DNA of 60,460 nucleotides from Galactobacter sp. (GCF_022712295.1 NZ_JALAGT010000111.1:1-60460), one strand, 5' to 3'; shown: positions 28,399 to 40,065, counted from the first letter of the stretch. Program-made: numbers and translations. Notes: a model not told the origin generated them from the sequence alone.

Positions 28399-29379
28399 TC
28401 AGAGTGTGGCGCGCTCGGCCAGATCCTTACGGGGATCCTCGCCGACCGTTGCCTCCGCGAATGCCTCCAACGCAGCCTTGGCTTCCTTGCTCAGCCGGGA
28501 GGGAACGGCGACGTCGAGCACCACGTACATGTCACCGGACTTCTTGGCCGTCTTCACTCCCCTGCCCCGAAGGCGCAGGGTCTTGCCGGAGGGAGAACCG
28601 GACGGAACCTTCACCTTGACATGGTCGCCGTGAATGGTCGGCACGGTGATCTGCCCGCCCAGCGCCGCCTCGGAGAAGGTCACCGGCACATGGACCGTGA
28701 TGTCGTTGCCGTCGCGCTTGAAGAACGGGTGCTCCTTGACCCGCACCTTGACCATGAGATCACCGGGACCAGCGGCCCCTGCCTGCCCCTTCCCCTTGGC
28801 CCGCACGGACTGGCCGTCGCGGATACCTGCGGGGATGCGCACGTCGATCGTGGCACCGCTGGGTTCCCGCAGTCCGATGGTGGTGCCCTCGATGGACCCC
28901 TTGAAGGAGATGGTGGTCTCCGCATGCCGGTCGGCGCCGCGCTGCGGCTGCTGTTGGAAACCTCCGAAGCCGCCACCACCGCCGCCGAACATGCCGCCGA
29001 AGAGGTCGCACAGCTCCGGGCCGGCCGCACCGTTGGTGGAGTAACGCACACGCTGACCGCCGCCACCGCCGAACATGCCGCCGAAGACGTCGTCGAACCC
29101 GCCGGCGCCGCCGCCTGGCCCACCGGCCTGGAAGCGCGCTCCGGAGCCCATGGCCCGGATCGCGTCATACTGCTGACGTTCCTCGGGATCCGAGAGCACC
29201 GAGTTGGCCTCGGTGATGTCCTTGAACCGCTGCTCGGCAGCGGCATCCCCCGGGTTCGTGTCCGGGTGGTACTGGCGCGCCAGCTTCCGGTACGCCTTCT
29301 TGATCTCTGCGGAGTCAGCGTCCTTGGACACACCGAGTACCGCGTAGAAGTCCTTGTCCACCCAGTCCTGACTGGCCAT
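28399..29379 (-). CDS. dnaJ: DnaJ-class chaperone lacking the zinc finger
   Basis: J-domain with HPD, G/F-rich region and C-terminal domain; no CxxCxGxG repeats. Confidence 0.93.
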   Translation of the reverse strand: MASQDWVDKDFYAVLGVSKDADSAEIKKAYRKLARQYHPDTNPGDAAAEQRFKDITEANSVLSDPEERQQYDAIRAMGSGARFQAGGPGGGAGGFDDVFGGMFGGGGGQRVRYSTNGAAGPELCDLFGGMFGGGGGGFGGFQQQPQRGADRHAETTISFKGSIEGTTIGLREPSGATIDVRIPAGIRDGQSVRAKGKGQAGAAGPGDLMVKVRVKEHPFFKRDGNDITVHVPVTFSEAALGGQITVPTIHGDHVKVKVPSGSPSGKTLRLRGRGVKTAKKSGDMYVVLDVAVPSRLSKEAKAALEAFAEATVGEDPRKDLAERATL

Positions 29380-29437
29380 GTGGGCGCCTCCAACACATAC
29401 AGGATCGAAAACTTATGAAAAATACTTGGATGTGGCA

Positions 29438-29468
29438 GCGGTGGGGTAACTCGAAGCTACCCCACCGC
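29438..29468 (-). terminator. Intra-operon hairpin between grpE and dnaJ
   Basis: 11-bp stem GCGGTGGGGTA/TACCCCACCGC with an AT-rich stretch on the dnaJ side. Confidence 0.55.
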
Positions 29469-29500
29469 CCCACGGGACCCGCGTCACGCGGGCCTAGCGA

Positions 29501-30154
29501 TCACTCGCCGTCCGACACCATGACCTGCGCTGCACGCAGCACGCGGTCACCGCGCTTGAAGCCCACTCGGAGCACCATGCCGACGTGATCGGCAGGGATC
29601 TCAGGGACGGGCTGGCGCAGCAGCGCCTCGTGGATGGCCGGGTCGAACTCGACCCCGACCTCGTTGACCTTCTCCAGGCCGATGCCCGCGAGAGCGGTCT
29701 CCAGCTTGGTGGCGATCGAGGCGAACGGGCCGTCCTCGAGGTCACCCGCGGAACGGGCGGCCTCGATGTCGTCCAGCACCGGGATCAGTGCCGACACCGC
29801 GGCGTTGAGGCCGTTCTCCTTGGCCTGCGTCTTGTCACGATCGACTCGACGCCGGTAATTGGTGAACTCTGCCTGCAGTCGCAACAGGTCGGTCCTCAGT
29901 TCCTCGGCTGCAGGGTCGGAGGACTCTTGCGAGTCCTCCTCACTCTGCTCCGCAGCTGCGGCGTCGAGGATCTGCTCAGCCTGGCTCAGCGCGTCTGCAC
30001 CCTCGGTGCCGTCGGTGCTGTCCGCGGCTTCGGTGTCGGCGTCCTCACCGCGCACGGCGCCCGTCTCCGGGTCCACCTTGCGCTTGTCGGTGAAGCGAAC
30101 CGGCTCCTCGTCCGAGTTGCCCTGCTGCTCTGGGTTCAGTTCCTCGTTGCTCAT
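29501..30154 (-). CDS. grpE: Nucleotide exchange factor GrpE
   Basis: RLQAEFTNYRRR, FDPAIHEA and RVLRAAQVMV. Confidence 0.95.
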   Translation of the reverse strand: MSNEELNPEQQGNSDEEPVRFTDKRKVDPETGAVRGEDADTEAADSTDGTEGADALSQAEQILDAAAAEQSEEDSQESSDPAAEELRTDLLRLQAEFTNYRRRVDRDKTQAKENGLNAAVSALIPVLDDIEAARSAGDLEDGPFASIATKLETALAGIGLEKVNEVGVEFDPAIHEALLRQPVPEIPADHVGMVLRVGFKRGDRVLRAAQVMVSDGE

Positions 30155-30167
30155 AGCGTGTGGTGCC

Positions 30168-32167
<2,000 letters not shown>

Positions 32168-32185
32168 TTTGGCCTTTGCTCTATA

Positions 32186-32212
32186 CAACCGGATGCTCAC
32201 TCATTTCATTCC
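32186..32212 (-). promoter_or_regulatory. SigH/SigR-type promoter for the dnaK operon
   Basis: Minus strand GGAAT-N18-GTTG, the same architecture as at clpB. Confidence 0.75.
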
Positions 32213-32322
32213 ACAGGGGTCTCCTCCTCTTGAGTGACCCTCGCCACTCTCGCTTCCATGCCCGACGGCGGGTCCCCCGTCCGCGCGGAACCGCACCTTC
32301 GGTGCGGGTCTAGCCTGAATGC

Positions 32323-33159
32323 ATGAGCGATACCCCCGACACCTCCCACTACGCTCACGGGCATCATTCCTCCGTCCTGGCCTCGCACGCCTTGCGAGGG
32401 ATCAAGGACTCCGCGCCTCACCTGGCACCACTGCTCAGGCCCAGTATGAATATCCTCGACCTCGGCTCGGGCCCCGGTTCCATCACGCTGGAGCTTGCCA
32501 AGGCCGTTGGCCCGGACGGGCACGTGACCGGCTTGGACTTCTCCGCCGAGGCTGTCCGTACGGCATCCGCCGCCGCGGAAGAGCGGGGGACCTCCAACGT
32601 TGATTTCCGCATCGCCGACCTGTATTCGCTGAGGCCGGGAGGAGACGGATTGCAGTCCGGCTACGACGTGGTGCATGCACACCAGGTACTGCAGCATCTA
32701 CCCGATCCAGTCCAGGCCATCCGGGTGGCCGCATCGCTGGTCTCCCCGGGTGGGATCCTGTCGCTACGCGAGGTGGATTACTCGGCCACCACGTGGTCGC
32801 CACCGTCCATCGGGCTGGACACCTGGCTGCGCGTACTACGCGGCTACATGAGTCTCGAGGGGCATGATGCCGACGCGGGAGGCAAGATGGCCACATGGCT
32901 GGACGAGGCGGGTATCCCGGCCTCTGCGGTCAGACTCACCCAGCGCGAGCAGACCTACACCACCCCGGAAGCCCGCAAGGCCTGGGGAGAGTCCTGGGTG
33001 CAGCGCGCCCTACACTCAGCGTTCAGGGACCTCTCCATCAAGCATGGTCTGCTGGACCAGGCTGGAGTGGGGGCCGTGGCCCAGGCATGGCAGGACTTCG
33101 CCGATGCACCTTCGGGGAACTTCACGTTCCGGCATACCGAGGCGCTGGTTCGGTTCTGA
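32323..33159 (+). CDS. Class I SAM-dependent methyltransferase (UbiE-like)
   Basis: YAHGHHSSVLASH, ILDLGSGPGSIT and YDVVHAHQVLQHLPDP. Confidence 0.9.
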   Translation: MSDTPDTSHYAHGHHSSVLASHALRGIKDSAPHLAPLLRPSMNILDLGSGPGSITLELAKAVGPDGHVTGLDFSAEAVRTASAAAEERGTSNVDFRIADLYSLRPGGDGLQSGYDVVHAHQVLQHLPDPVQAIRVAASLVSPGGILSLREVDYSATTWSPPSIGLDTWLRVLRGYMSLEGHDADAGGKMATWLDEAGIPASAVRLTQREQTYTTPEARKAWGESWVQRALHSAFRDLSIKHGLLDQAGVGAVAQAWQDFADAPSGNFTFRHTEALVRF

Positions 33160-33207
33160 ACTGGCGCAGTTTTTCAGGTCCGCCCTCCACGCGGCACACT
33201 TGAACAC

Positions 33208-33876
33208 GTGTCTCTTTCCGTCTGGTGGACCCTCTTCGCCGCCGCCACCGTCATCTCCCTGACGCCCGGCGCCGGAGCCGTGAACACCATGGCCAATTCC
33301 ATGAACTACGGGTGGCGCCGCAGTTTCTGGGGTATCACCGGCCAACAGATCGCCCTGATCATCCAGGTGGTGATCGTGGCCGTGGGCGTGGGTTCCGTCG
33401 TGGCCGCGTTCCCTGTGGTGCTGGAAGTGGTGCGGTGGCTCGGCGCCGCCTACCTAGTCTTCCTCGGCGTGCGGATGATGCTCTCTCGCCCCACTCCCGC
33501 GGCCACCGTTGAGCACGCTGAGCTGGACACCTCGCAGATTCCCGTGGTGACCTCATCGCACGGCGAGCGCAGGGAAGGCGTCTGGGCCATGATTCGCCGC
33601 GGAATCCTGGTGAATCTGTCGAATCCAAAAGCCATCGTCTTTTTCCTGGCCTTCATCCCCCCTTTCATCGATCCCACTCGTGGGGCAACACTGCGGTACG
33701 TGATCATCGGGACCACGTGTGTTGCGGTGGACATCCTGGTGATGTGGTTCGGGTTTGCGGCCTTGGCTCGCCCGCTGGCGCGTTTCACGGGTTCGGAGCG
33801 AGGGCAGCGGGTGCTGAACATCGTGTTCGGTTGCTGCTTCATCCTGGTGGCTGCACTGTTGTTGCTCACCCACTGA
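33208..33876 (+). CDS. LysE/RhtB family amino-acid exporter
   Basis: ISLTPGAG, GAAYLVFLG and NLSNPKAIVFF. Confidence 0.92.
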   Translation: MSLSVWWTLFAAATVISLTPGAGAVNTMANSMNYGWRRSFWGITGQQIALIIQVVIVAVGVGSVVAAFPVVLEVVRWLGAAYLVFLGVRMMLSRPTPAATVEHAELDTSQIPVVTSSHGERREGVWAMIRRGILVNLSNPKAIVFFLAFIPPFIDPTRGATLRYVIIGTTCVAVDILVMWFGFAALARPLARFTGSERGQRVLNIVFGCCFILVAALLLLTH

Positions 33877-33879
33877 GCG

Positions 33880-34440
33880 TCCCGAAAACAGGGCCCGTGC
33901 CCGTGCCCACTGCCGCATCGGTCCAATTGCCCTCTCCGTCGTACTCGATCACCAGCCGCAGCCCCGGCCAGTAGAAGTCCACATACATAACCCCTTTCCC
34001 ATCCCGGAATTCGGTCTGGATCTCGGGCGGTTGGAAACCATAGCACTGTCTCCACGCAAGCGATCCCAGGTGGCACCACATTGAATTGGCCCGCCCGAAT
34101 CGGCTGACCATCCCAGGGGACTCCTCTCCGATGAACAAATCTTCGGAGAGCTCCCTTCACTTCCTTACCGCGCGCACCGAGGATGGTCTGCGGCAGCAGC
34201 CCTGCATGCTGCCGATTGGTTTGATCCAGATGGACCTTGGAGGGCCTGGTCTCCCCGGGCAGACCAAGGAGCTGTGCCGCAGTGAGACCGCAGGCACTGC
34301 CACCAACTCTCGAAAATGCTCGCCCCACTCATCCGGCAACGCGGGAACCACGTGTCCAGATGGGTACGAAGGGCAAAACCAGAAGCGAAGAGGGTGGGCC
34401 CAAGAACGGAGACAGAAACGCAGCGCCCCATGGGCGGCCA
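33880..34440 (-). pseudogene. Decayed gene of the actinobacterial AbiEi/DUF559-like (PD-(D/E)xK) family
   Basis: Fragment EESPG...GFQPPEIQTEFRDGKGVMYVDFYWPGLRLVIEYDG. There is no continuous ORF and boundaries are approximate. Confidence 0.55.
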
Positions 34441-34461
34441 CGGACCGGTAGCGTTGGGCAG

Positions 34462-35025
34462 GTGAGAACTCTTGCCGTCATGGCTGTATGCACCGGGAAC
34501 ATCTGCCGTTCCGCGTTGGCCGAGTACGTCTTGCGTGATGCCCTCGAGAAAGCCGGCCTCGGCGACCAGGTCCAGGTCACCAGCTCAGGCATCTCCGACG
34601 AGGAGGAGGGCCGCCCCATGGACCCTCGGATGGCAGCCATCGCTCGGAGCCTCAACCTGGACCCCAGCGCCCACCGGGCACGTCCCATGCCCCATTCGGC
34701 ATGGGAAACCCAAGACCTGTTCCTGGCCGCTGACCTGAATCACCTGCGTACGCTGCGTCGTTGGGCGCCCACCCCTGAGCTCCGTGGCAAGATCCGCCTC
34801 CTGCGCAGTTTCGACCCTGCTTCCGTCGCGCTCACAGAAGAACAGCAGGGCATGGCGGACCCTTGGTACGGCGGCCAACAGGACTTCGAGCTCACGCGCG
34901 ACCAGGTCCTGGCCTCGATCCCCGGGGTCGTGGACCACCTGATGGCAACGCTCAAGGGGACCCACCTCAACAGCTCCGGCCCTGGCATCACCCGCATTCA
35001 CAGCTCACGCCTCCGCCGCCACTGA
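34462..35025 (+). CDS. Low-molecular-weight protein tyrosine phosphatase
   Basis: VCTGNICRS and DPWYGG. Confidence 0.93.
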   Translation: MRTLAVMAVCTGNICRSALAEYVLRDALEKAGLGDQVQVTSSGISDEEEGRPMDPRMAAIARSLNLDPSAHRARPMPHSAWETQDLFLAADLNHLRTLRRWAPTPELRGKIRLLRSFDPASVALTEEQQGMADPWYGGQQDFELTRDQVLASIPGVVDHLMATLKGTHLNSSGPGITRIHSSRLRRH

Positions 35026-35630
35026 TGGCCCACCCCCTCGACCGCCCGGTTCTGCTCGCCATCGACGGCCGCTCCGGCTCCGGGAAAACGTCCCTCGCCG
35101 CTGCACTCCAGCGGGCACTGGCCGCACAGCACCACCTGGATGTCGAGGTCTTCCACGTGGAGGACACGTACCGCGGGTGGGAAGGCCTCCAGGCCGGAGT
35201 GGACCACTACGTGCAGGCCGTGCTGCCGCCCCTGCACCGGGGTGAGACAGCGACCTGGCATGCCTGGGATTGGGCGGCAGGCAGAGTGGAGACCACGCAG
35301 CGCGTTGCCCGCCCGGCTTCGGTGGTGATCTGTGAGGGAGTCGGCGCCGCCTGCAAACAGGCCCTTCCCATGCTGGATGCCGCACTGACCTTGGACGTGC
35401 CGGCAGACCACCGCAAGCAGCGCGCCCTGGCCAGGGACGGCGAGACCTACCGTCCGTACTGGGATGTGTGGGCAGCGCAGGAAGACGACTTCCTTCGCGA
35501 CCAGGAAACGGTGCCGGAACCGGCTCGCGGCTTGGACCTGACGTTGGCACCGCCAACGACCGCCGATCTCGCCGCTACATACCAAGCGGCCGAGACCTGG
35601 GCGCTTCAAGTCATCACGTCAACGCTCTGA
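35025..35630 (+). CDS. Uridine-kinase-like P-loop NTPase
   Basis: AIDGRSGSGKTS, VEDTYRGW, VICEGVGA and RALARDG...W..WAAQE. TGATG coupling to the phosphatase gene. Confidence 0.8.
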   Translation: MAHPLDRPVLLAIDGRSGSGKTSLAAALQRALAAQHHLDVEVFHVEDTYRGWEGLQAGVDHYVQAVLPPLHRGETATWHAWDWAAGRVETTQRVARPASVVICEGVGAACKQALPMLDAALTLDVPADHRKQRALARDGETYRPYWDVWAAQEDDFLRDQETVPEPARGLDLTLAPPTTADLAATYQAAETWALQVITSTL

Positions 35631-35662
35631 CTCGAGGCGTGCGTCGTCACGGTCGGCAGGAG

Positions 35663-37144
35663 CTACTGCATCACAGAACTGAGCCGGGCGATGTTGTCCA
35701 GCCACTTCTGGGTCCGGCTGCGCTGCGCCCAGACCTCCTGAGTGAGCTGCGTGCAGTCCTCGCGGTAGCCGTCCATGACCTTGTTCAGCGCCATGACCGG
35801 TGCGGAACCCATCAGCATGAGGGAGACTTCCGCGTTCAGGGAGAAGGAGCGGATGTCGAAGTTGGAGGAGCCGAAGATCGCGGCCTGGTCGTCAACGGTG
35901 ATGCACTTGGTGTGCAGCACCATGGGGTCCCTGTAGCGGTAGAGCTTCACCCCTGCGTTGAGCAGATCCTCGTAATAGGACTGCTGTGCGTGGTTGGTGA
36001 GGGCGTGGTCGCCGCGCGCGGAGACGTAGACCTCCACGTTCACCCCACGCTGAGCCGCCGTGGTCAACGCATACAGCAGCGAATCGTCCGGCACCAGGTA
36101 AGGGCTGGTGAGCCTGATCTGCGACTGGGCGTTGTAGATCAGGGTGTTGAACAGACGCAGGTTGTTCTCGGTAGGGAACCCCGGCCCGGAGGGGACCACC
36201 TGCCCGGTGACGCGTCCGGGACGGTGACCGGTGTCCAGTTCCAAGGACCCGAACAGGTTCTCACCGGTCTCCAGCATCCAGTCCGTGGCGAAGACCAGGT
36301 CGAGGTGGTCCACGAGCGGACCCTGGACGCGCCCCAGGATCTCGACCCATTCTCGGCCGATCTTGGCCGACTTCTTGCGCTTGTATCCGGGTTCGATGAG
36401 GTTTTGAGAACCGGTGAAGGCCACACGCCCGTCCACGACCACGATCTTGCGGTGGTTACGCAGATCGGGACGGCGCCAGCGCCAGCGGAGAGGGGCGATG
36501 GGCAGCATGACATGCCAATCCACTCCCCCACGCGTGAGTTGACGCTTGAGCTTGCGGTAGCCGGGGATGCGCCATGAACCGATCTGGTCGTAGAGGAAGC
36601 GAACCTTCACACCGCGCCCGACTGCCCTGATCATCGCGTCGAACACCGGACCCGCATAGTCGGGGTCCGATCCCACGATGTAGAACTGCACGTGGGCATA
36701 GTTCTCGGCGGAGTCGATGGCTTCCACCAGCTGGCGCATGGAGGTCTTGTAGTCGGTGGACAGCTCCAGCGTGTTGCCGGGAACCGGCGGGAAGGCTCCG
36801 AGCATACGGTTGAGGACCACCGCCGAATGCACCCATTCCTTGGCCGAGGTCGGCACGTCCTTGGGGTCGAAGTGGTCCGTGGTGGACTTCATGATGGCCT
36901 GATTGATCGAGGCCTGCCGCTTGAGCCGGTTGGCGCTGAGCCGGTTGGATCCGAAGAGCAGGAAGGCCAGCAGCCCCACGTAGGGGATGAAGAAGATGGC
37001 GAGCAACCATGCCATGGCCGTGGTGGGCCGGCGCCGCCCAGGCACGATGCCGAGCATCAGAACGCGCACCAGAATATCCACTGCGAAGGCGATACCCACG
37101 ACAACGCTCGGCCACCCGTCGGGGACACCCGTCCACAGGAACAT
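35663..37144 (-). CDS. cls: Cardiolipin synthase
   Basis: N-terminal TM pair and two HKD motifs (NHRKIVVVDG and LHTKCITVDD). Start is uncertain. Confidence 0.93.
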   Translation of the reverse strand: MFLWTGVPDGWPSVVVGIAFAVDILVRVLMLGIVPGRRRPTTAMAWLLAIFFIPYVGLLAFLLFGSNRLSANRLKRQASINQAIMKSTTDHFDPKDVPTSAKEWVHSAVVLNRMLGAFPPVPGNTLELSTDYKTSMRQLVEAIDSAENYAHVQFYIVGSDPDYAGPVFDAMIRAVGRGVKVRFLYDQIGSWRIPGYRKLKRQLTRGGVDWHVMLPIAPLRWRWRRPDLRNHRKIVVVDGRVAFTGSQNLIEPGYKRKKSAKIGREWVEILGRVQGPLVDHLDLVFATDWMLETGENLFGSLELDTGHRPGRVTGQVVPSGPGFPTENNLRLFNTLIYNAQSQIRLTSPYLVPDDSLLYALTTAAQRGVNVEVYVSARGDHALTNHAQQSYYEDLLNAGVKLYRYRDPMVLHTKCITVDDQAAIFGSSNFDIRSFSLNAEVSLMLMGSAPVMALNKVMDGYREDCTQLTQEVWAQRSRTQKWLDNIARLSSVMQ

Positions 37145-37238
37145 GCTGCTCTTGGACTCCTCACCTGCACTCGTACTCCGCGGTGCCAACGAGTCTATCG
37201 GTAGCAGGCATCCGGCCGGTCGGTTCTACCATGAGGAC

Positions 37239-38153
37239 ATGCCCACAACACCTGAGACCGTGGTGCTCTCCGCCGTCATGTTGACCGAGGCCCACCCCAG
37301 AGGAGTGCTGGTGGATGTGGAGCAGCCGCAGTTGCTGCTCTCGGACCGGGCAGCGAGTCGTGGCGACGGAGTCTTCGAATCCCTGCTCCTGCGCCGCGGT
37401 GCACTACGTTCCCTCGAGGAGCACCTGGCCCGGCTGCGCCGCTCGGCTGAGGCGCTGCGCCTCCGCGGTCCGGATGACGCCGCGTGGAAGGCGGCGATCG
37501 GCACCTGCCTGGATGCCGCCGTCGGGCAGTGGGACGCGCCTACTGCACCCGAAGTCAGCGTGAAATTGGTGCTCTCGCGCGGCCCGGAGGGCCGTGGACA
37601 AGGCCCGACGGCGTGGGTCCTCGTGGCACCCGTGCCTCACCGGACCCGGTACGGGCCCGAGCGTGGGCTCAAGGTCATCACGTTGGACAGGGGGTATCCG
37701 GCAGGAATCGGGCAGCGCGCGCCGTGGCTTCTGATCGGCGTGAAGACGTTGTCCTACGCCGTGAATCTGGCGGCCCAGCGCTGGGCCGTGGAGCACGGCG
37801 CGGATGACGCGATCTTCGTCTCCACGGATGGAGTGGTCCTGGAGGGCGCGACGTCCTCGGTGATCCTGGCGAACGTCGGCCAGGACGGCGTTGTCACGCT
37901 GACCACCCCGGCGGACGAGGACGGCCTGCTCCCTGGCACCACCCAGGCGGCCGCCTTCCGGGTGGCCACGTCCCTCGGTTGGAGGGTGGAAGCACGGCGC
38001 GTGAGGGTTGATGACCTCGAGCGAGCCGACGCACTGTGGCTGGTTTCCTCTGTGCGGTTGGCCGCCGCGGTCACAGAGCTGGATGGGGTGAAGATCCCCT
38101 GCGACCCGAAACTGCATCGCCAGTTGTGGGAGGGATTGGACCGCGAGCTCTGA
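37239..38153 (+). CDS. Class IV PLP enzyme, aminodeoxychorismate lyase-like
   Basis: RGDGVFES, HLARL, KTLSYAVN, LEGATS, LLPGTT and SSVR. Confidence 0.85.
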   Translation: MPTTPETVVLSAVMLTEAHPRGVLVDVEQPQLLLSDRAASRGDGVFESLLLRRGALRSLEEHLARLRRSAEALRLRGPDDAAWKAAIGTCLDAAVGQWDAPTAPEVSVKLVLSRGPEGRGQGPTAWVLVAPVPHRTRYGPERGLKVITLDRGYPAGIGQRAPWLLIGVKTLSYAVNLAAQRWAVEHGADDAIFVSTDGVVLEGATSSVILANVGQDGVVTLTTPADEDGLLPGTTQAAAFRVATSLGWRVEARRVRVDDLERADALWLVSSVRLAAAVTELDGVKIPCDPKLHRQLWEGLDREL

Positions 38154-38160
38154 TCGACGG

Positions 38161-38189
38161 TTAACAAAAGTAAAACGTTGTGACATAAT
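38161..38189 (+). promoter_or_regulatory. SigA-type promoter
   Basis: TTAACA-N17-CATAAT in an AT-rich patch upstream of ORF 38286. Confidence 0.55.
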
Positions 38190-38285
38190 GGTCTGCACCA
38201 CTCGTGCTGTTGTCCTGGATCACATCTGATCCCAAGAGCACCGTTCAGTGGTCAAAGGAACTAGATCGACCAATGGAGGTCGTCG

Positions 38286-38606
38286 ATGTCGATCAATGCA
38301 GCCGTCGTGAGCGCCGGAGGCGCTTCGGTGTTCCGACGCCCAACCACCCGTTCCTTGCAGCTGCTCTGCATGACTCCGGACCAGGTGGAACAGCTTGAAC
38401 TTCCCACCACTCGTTCGGGGCACCGATACGCCGTCCAGAGCGTCGATGACCTGCTGGCCTCGGTGGTGTTCTCGATGCGCAACGACAGCCGACCGGTGCA
38501 CGTGCTCCGCCCCAAGACCGCAGGAATCTTTGCCACCGGGTATCCGGCCGACCGCGTCGATCGGCTCCTCAAGCGACTGCGCGCCCAGGGCGCCCTCACC
38601 TACTGA
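38286..38606 (+). CDS. Small protein with two degenerate DivIVA-like repeats
   Basis: MTPDQV...TTRSGHRYAVQSVDDLL and IFATGYPADRVDRLL. SD GGAGG upstream. Confidence 0.6.
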   Translation: MSINAAVVSAGGASVFRRPTTRSLQLLCMTPDQVEQLELPTTRSGHRYAVQSVDDLLASVVFSMRNDSRPVHVLRPKTAGIFATGYPADRVDRLLKRLRAQGALTY

Positions 38607-38625
38607 ACCTGTTCGGTCCGGGCCT

Positions 38626-40065
38626 TCAGAAAGTGTTGTAGGCCTTCCGAGACATGAAGACCCCGTGCCCCGTGCGGGTGTCCCAGCACGTCATCCCGGT
38701 GTCCAACATGGCGCAGACGTTGTCCCTGTAGTAGACGGTCTCCCCGTAGTCCATCTGATGCGGCTTGGCGTCCTCGGCCTGGAAACGCGCCAGGCTGTTG
38801 TGCTCCTGCAGCGAACTGTCGTCGCCACCCTCCAGATCGAACCACCACTGGCCGGAATTCGAGTCCGTGCTCTCGGGGTCGTCTCTGTAGGACAAAAGGC
38901 CACAGCCCTTGCTCGTCTCGGTGAACTCGCAGCCGATGTTCCCCGCCGGGCTCATCAGCATCGCCAGCCCTCCTTCGGATTCGTTGAGCTGCTGGGCGTT
39001 GGCGGGCCTTGGACCACCCGCACCAGGTGCACCACCGGCGTCGATCGCGGCACGCACCTGCGATGAAGGGAACGACAGAGAACTGCGGCCGTCATCACCC
39101 GAGGTCGGTAGCACCGTCACCGTGGAATCCACATAGTTGACGCCCTCCCTGGAGCTGGCTGCGACCACGTCGTAGTCGCCGGGGAGAGCGGCCAGCCGAA
39201 CCTTGTCCTGGTCCGAGGGCAACGAGACGTTCTGCCCGTTGACCGTCACCGAGGACACAGGCTGGTCCACCACGAGCTCCTGCTCGGGTCCATCCGTGAC
39301 CTTCCAGGACGCGCCGGACTGATCCTTTCGCCGCAGGTCGAAGGAGACCGGGAAGGTCTCGCTCGACTGGGTGAGATCCGCCTTGACCGTCACCTCGTCA
39401 TCGTCCGCCGTCACGCTCTGGATCTCATAGCGTGTCGGGCGGTTCTTGGAGGCGGAATAGATCTCGGGGTCGAGGATGAGGTCCTCGCCGCTGACGGTAT
39501 CGGGGCGCCAGATCTTCAGTGCGGTAGCGGCATCGCCGTCCACGAGTGCGTCCAAGTAGCCCTCGACCGTGTCCTGAGCCGCGACCGTATCCGTCTTGGT
39601 CTTGTGGTTATTTGTCACGGCCAGGACAACCACCACAGCCACCACGAGCACAACGGCGAGGACGGGCACCCACCACCAACGACGCCAGCCGGGAACCACC
39701 GGCGGAGTCGGCTTCCGCGCAGCCGACGCTCCCGCGTCGACCCCTTGAGCGGAGAAATTCGGCGCGGCCCAAGGAAGGACGGGCTCTCGGATGGACACGA
39801 AGGTCTCGTCCGGATCCGATTCCGGGATGGTGTGACGCTCCGGCATCGTGGAGCGCACCGATTCTCGACCTGGGTCCGGAACCGGGGGAAGGCCCACCCG
39901 AGTGGCTTCAGGATCCACCGGAAGACCTACCCGGGTGGCGTCGGGATCCACGGGGATCCCCACGTGAGTGGCATCCGGATCCCAGGTCAGCCCAACACGT
40001 GTGGCGTCGTCATCGTAGCCACCGGAACCCTCCCCAGACCGGCCCGCGGGTGACGGCTGCGCCAT
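38626..40065 (-). CDS. Single-pass membrane protein of unknown function with N-terminal 11-aa repeats
   Basis: Disordered N-terminus, one TM helix, an NTF2-like VEGYLDALVDGD segment and a Cys-containing C-terminal domain. Confidence 0.8.
   Translation of the reverse strand: MAQPSPAGRSGEGSGGYDDDATRVGLTWDPDATHVGIPVDPDATRVGLPVDPEATRVGLPPVPDPGRESVRSTMPERHTIPESDPDETFVSIREPVLPWAAPNFSAQGVDAGASAARKPTPPVVPGWRRWWWVPVLAVVLVVAVVVVLAVTNNHKTKTDTVAAQDTVEGYLDALVDGDAATALKIWRPDTVSGEDLILDPEIYSASKNRPTRYEIQSVTADDDEVTVKADLTQSSETFPVSFDLRRKDQSGASWKVTDGPEQELVVDQPVSSVTVNGQNVSLPSDQDKVRLAALPGDYDVVAASSREGVNYVDSTVTVLPTSGDDGRSSLSFPSSQVRAAIDAGGAPGAGGPRPANAQQLNESEGGLAMLMSPAGNIGCEFTETSKGCGLLSYRDDPESTDSNSGQWWFDLEGGDDSSLQEHNSLARFQAEDAKPHQMDYGETVYYRDNVCAMLDTGMTCWDTRTGHGVFMSRKAYNTF
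39877..40008 (-). repeat. 4 x 33-bp degenerate coding tandem repeat
   Basis: DATRVGLTWDP / DATHVGIPVDP / DATRVGLPVDP / EATRVGLPPVP. Confidence 0.85.

Noticed and set aside
27813..28619. ORF on the + strand covering the sRNA promoter and hspR
   Set aside because: Antisense to hspR/dnaJ with no motifs; the hairpin architecture explains the spacer better.
38179..38224. Possible CRP site upstream of ORF 38286
   Set aside because: TGTGA and TCACA half-sites are present but not at 6-bp spacing with a good partner half.
39877..40008. 33-bp periodic repeat as a possible CRISPR array
   Set aside because: The units are contiguous, in frame and synonymously diverged, with no unique spacers and no cas genes.
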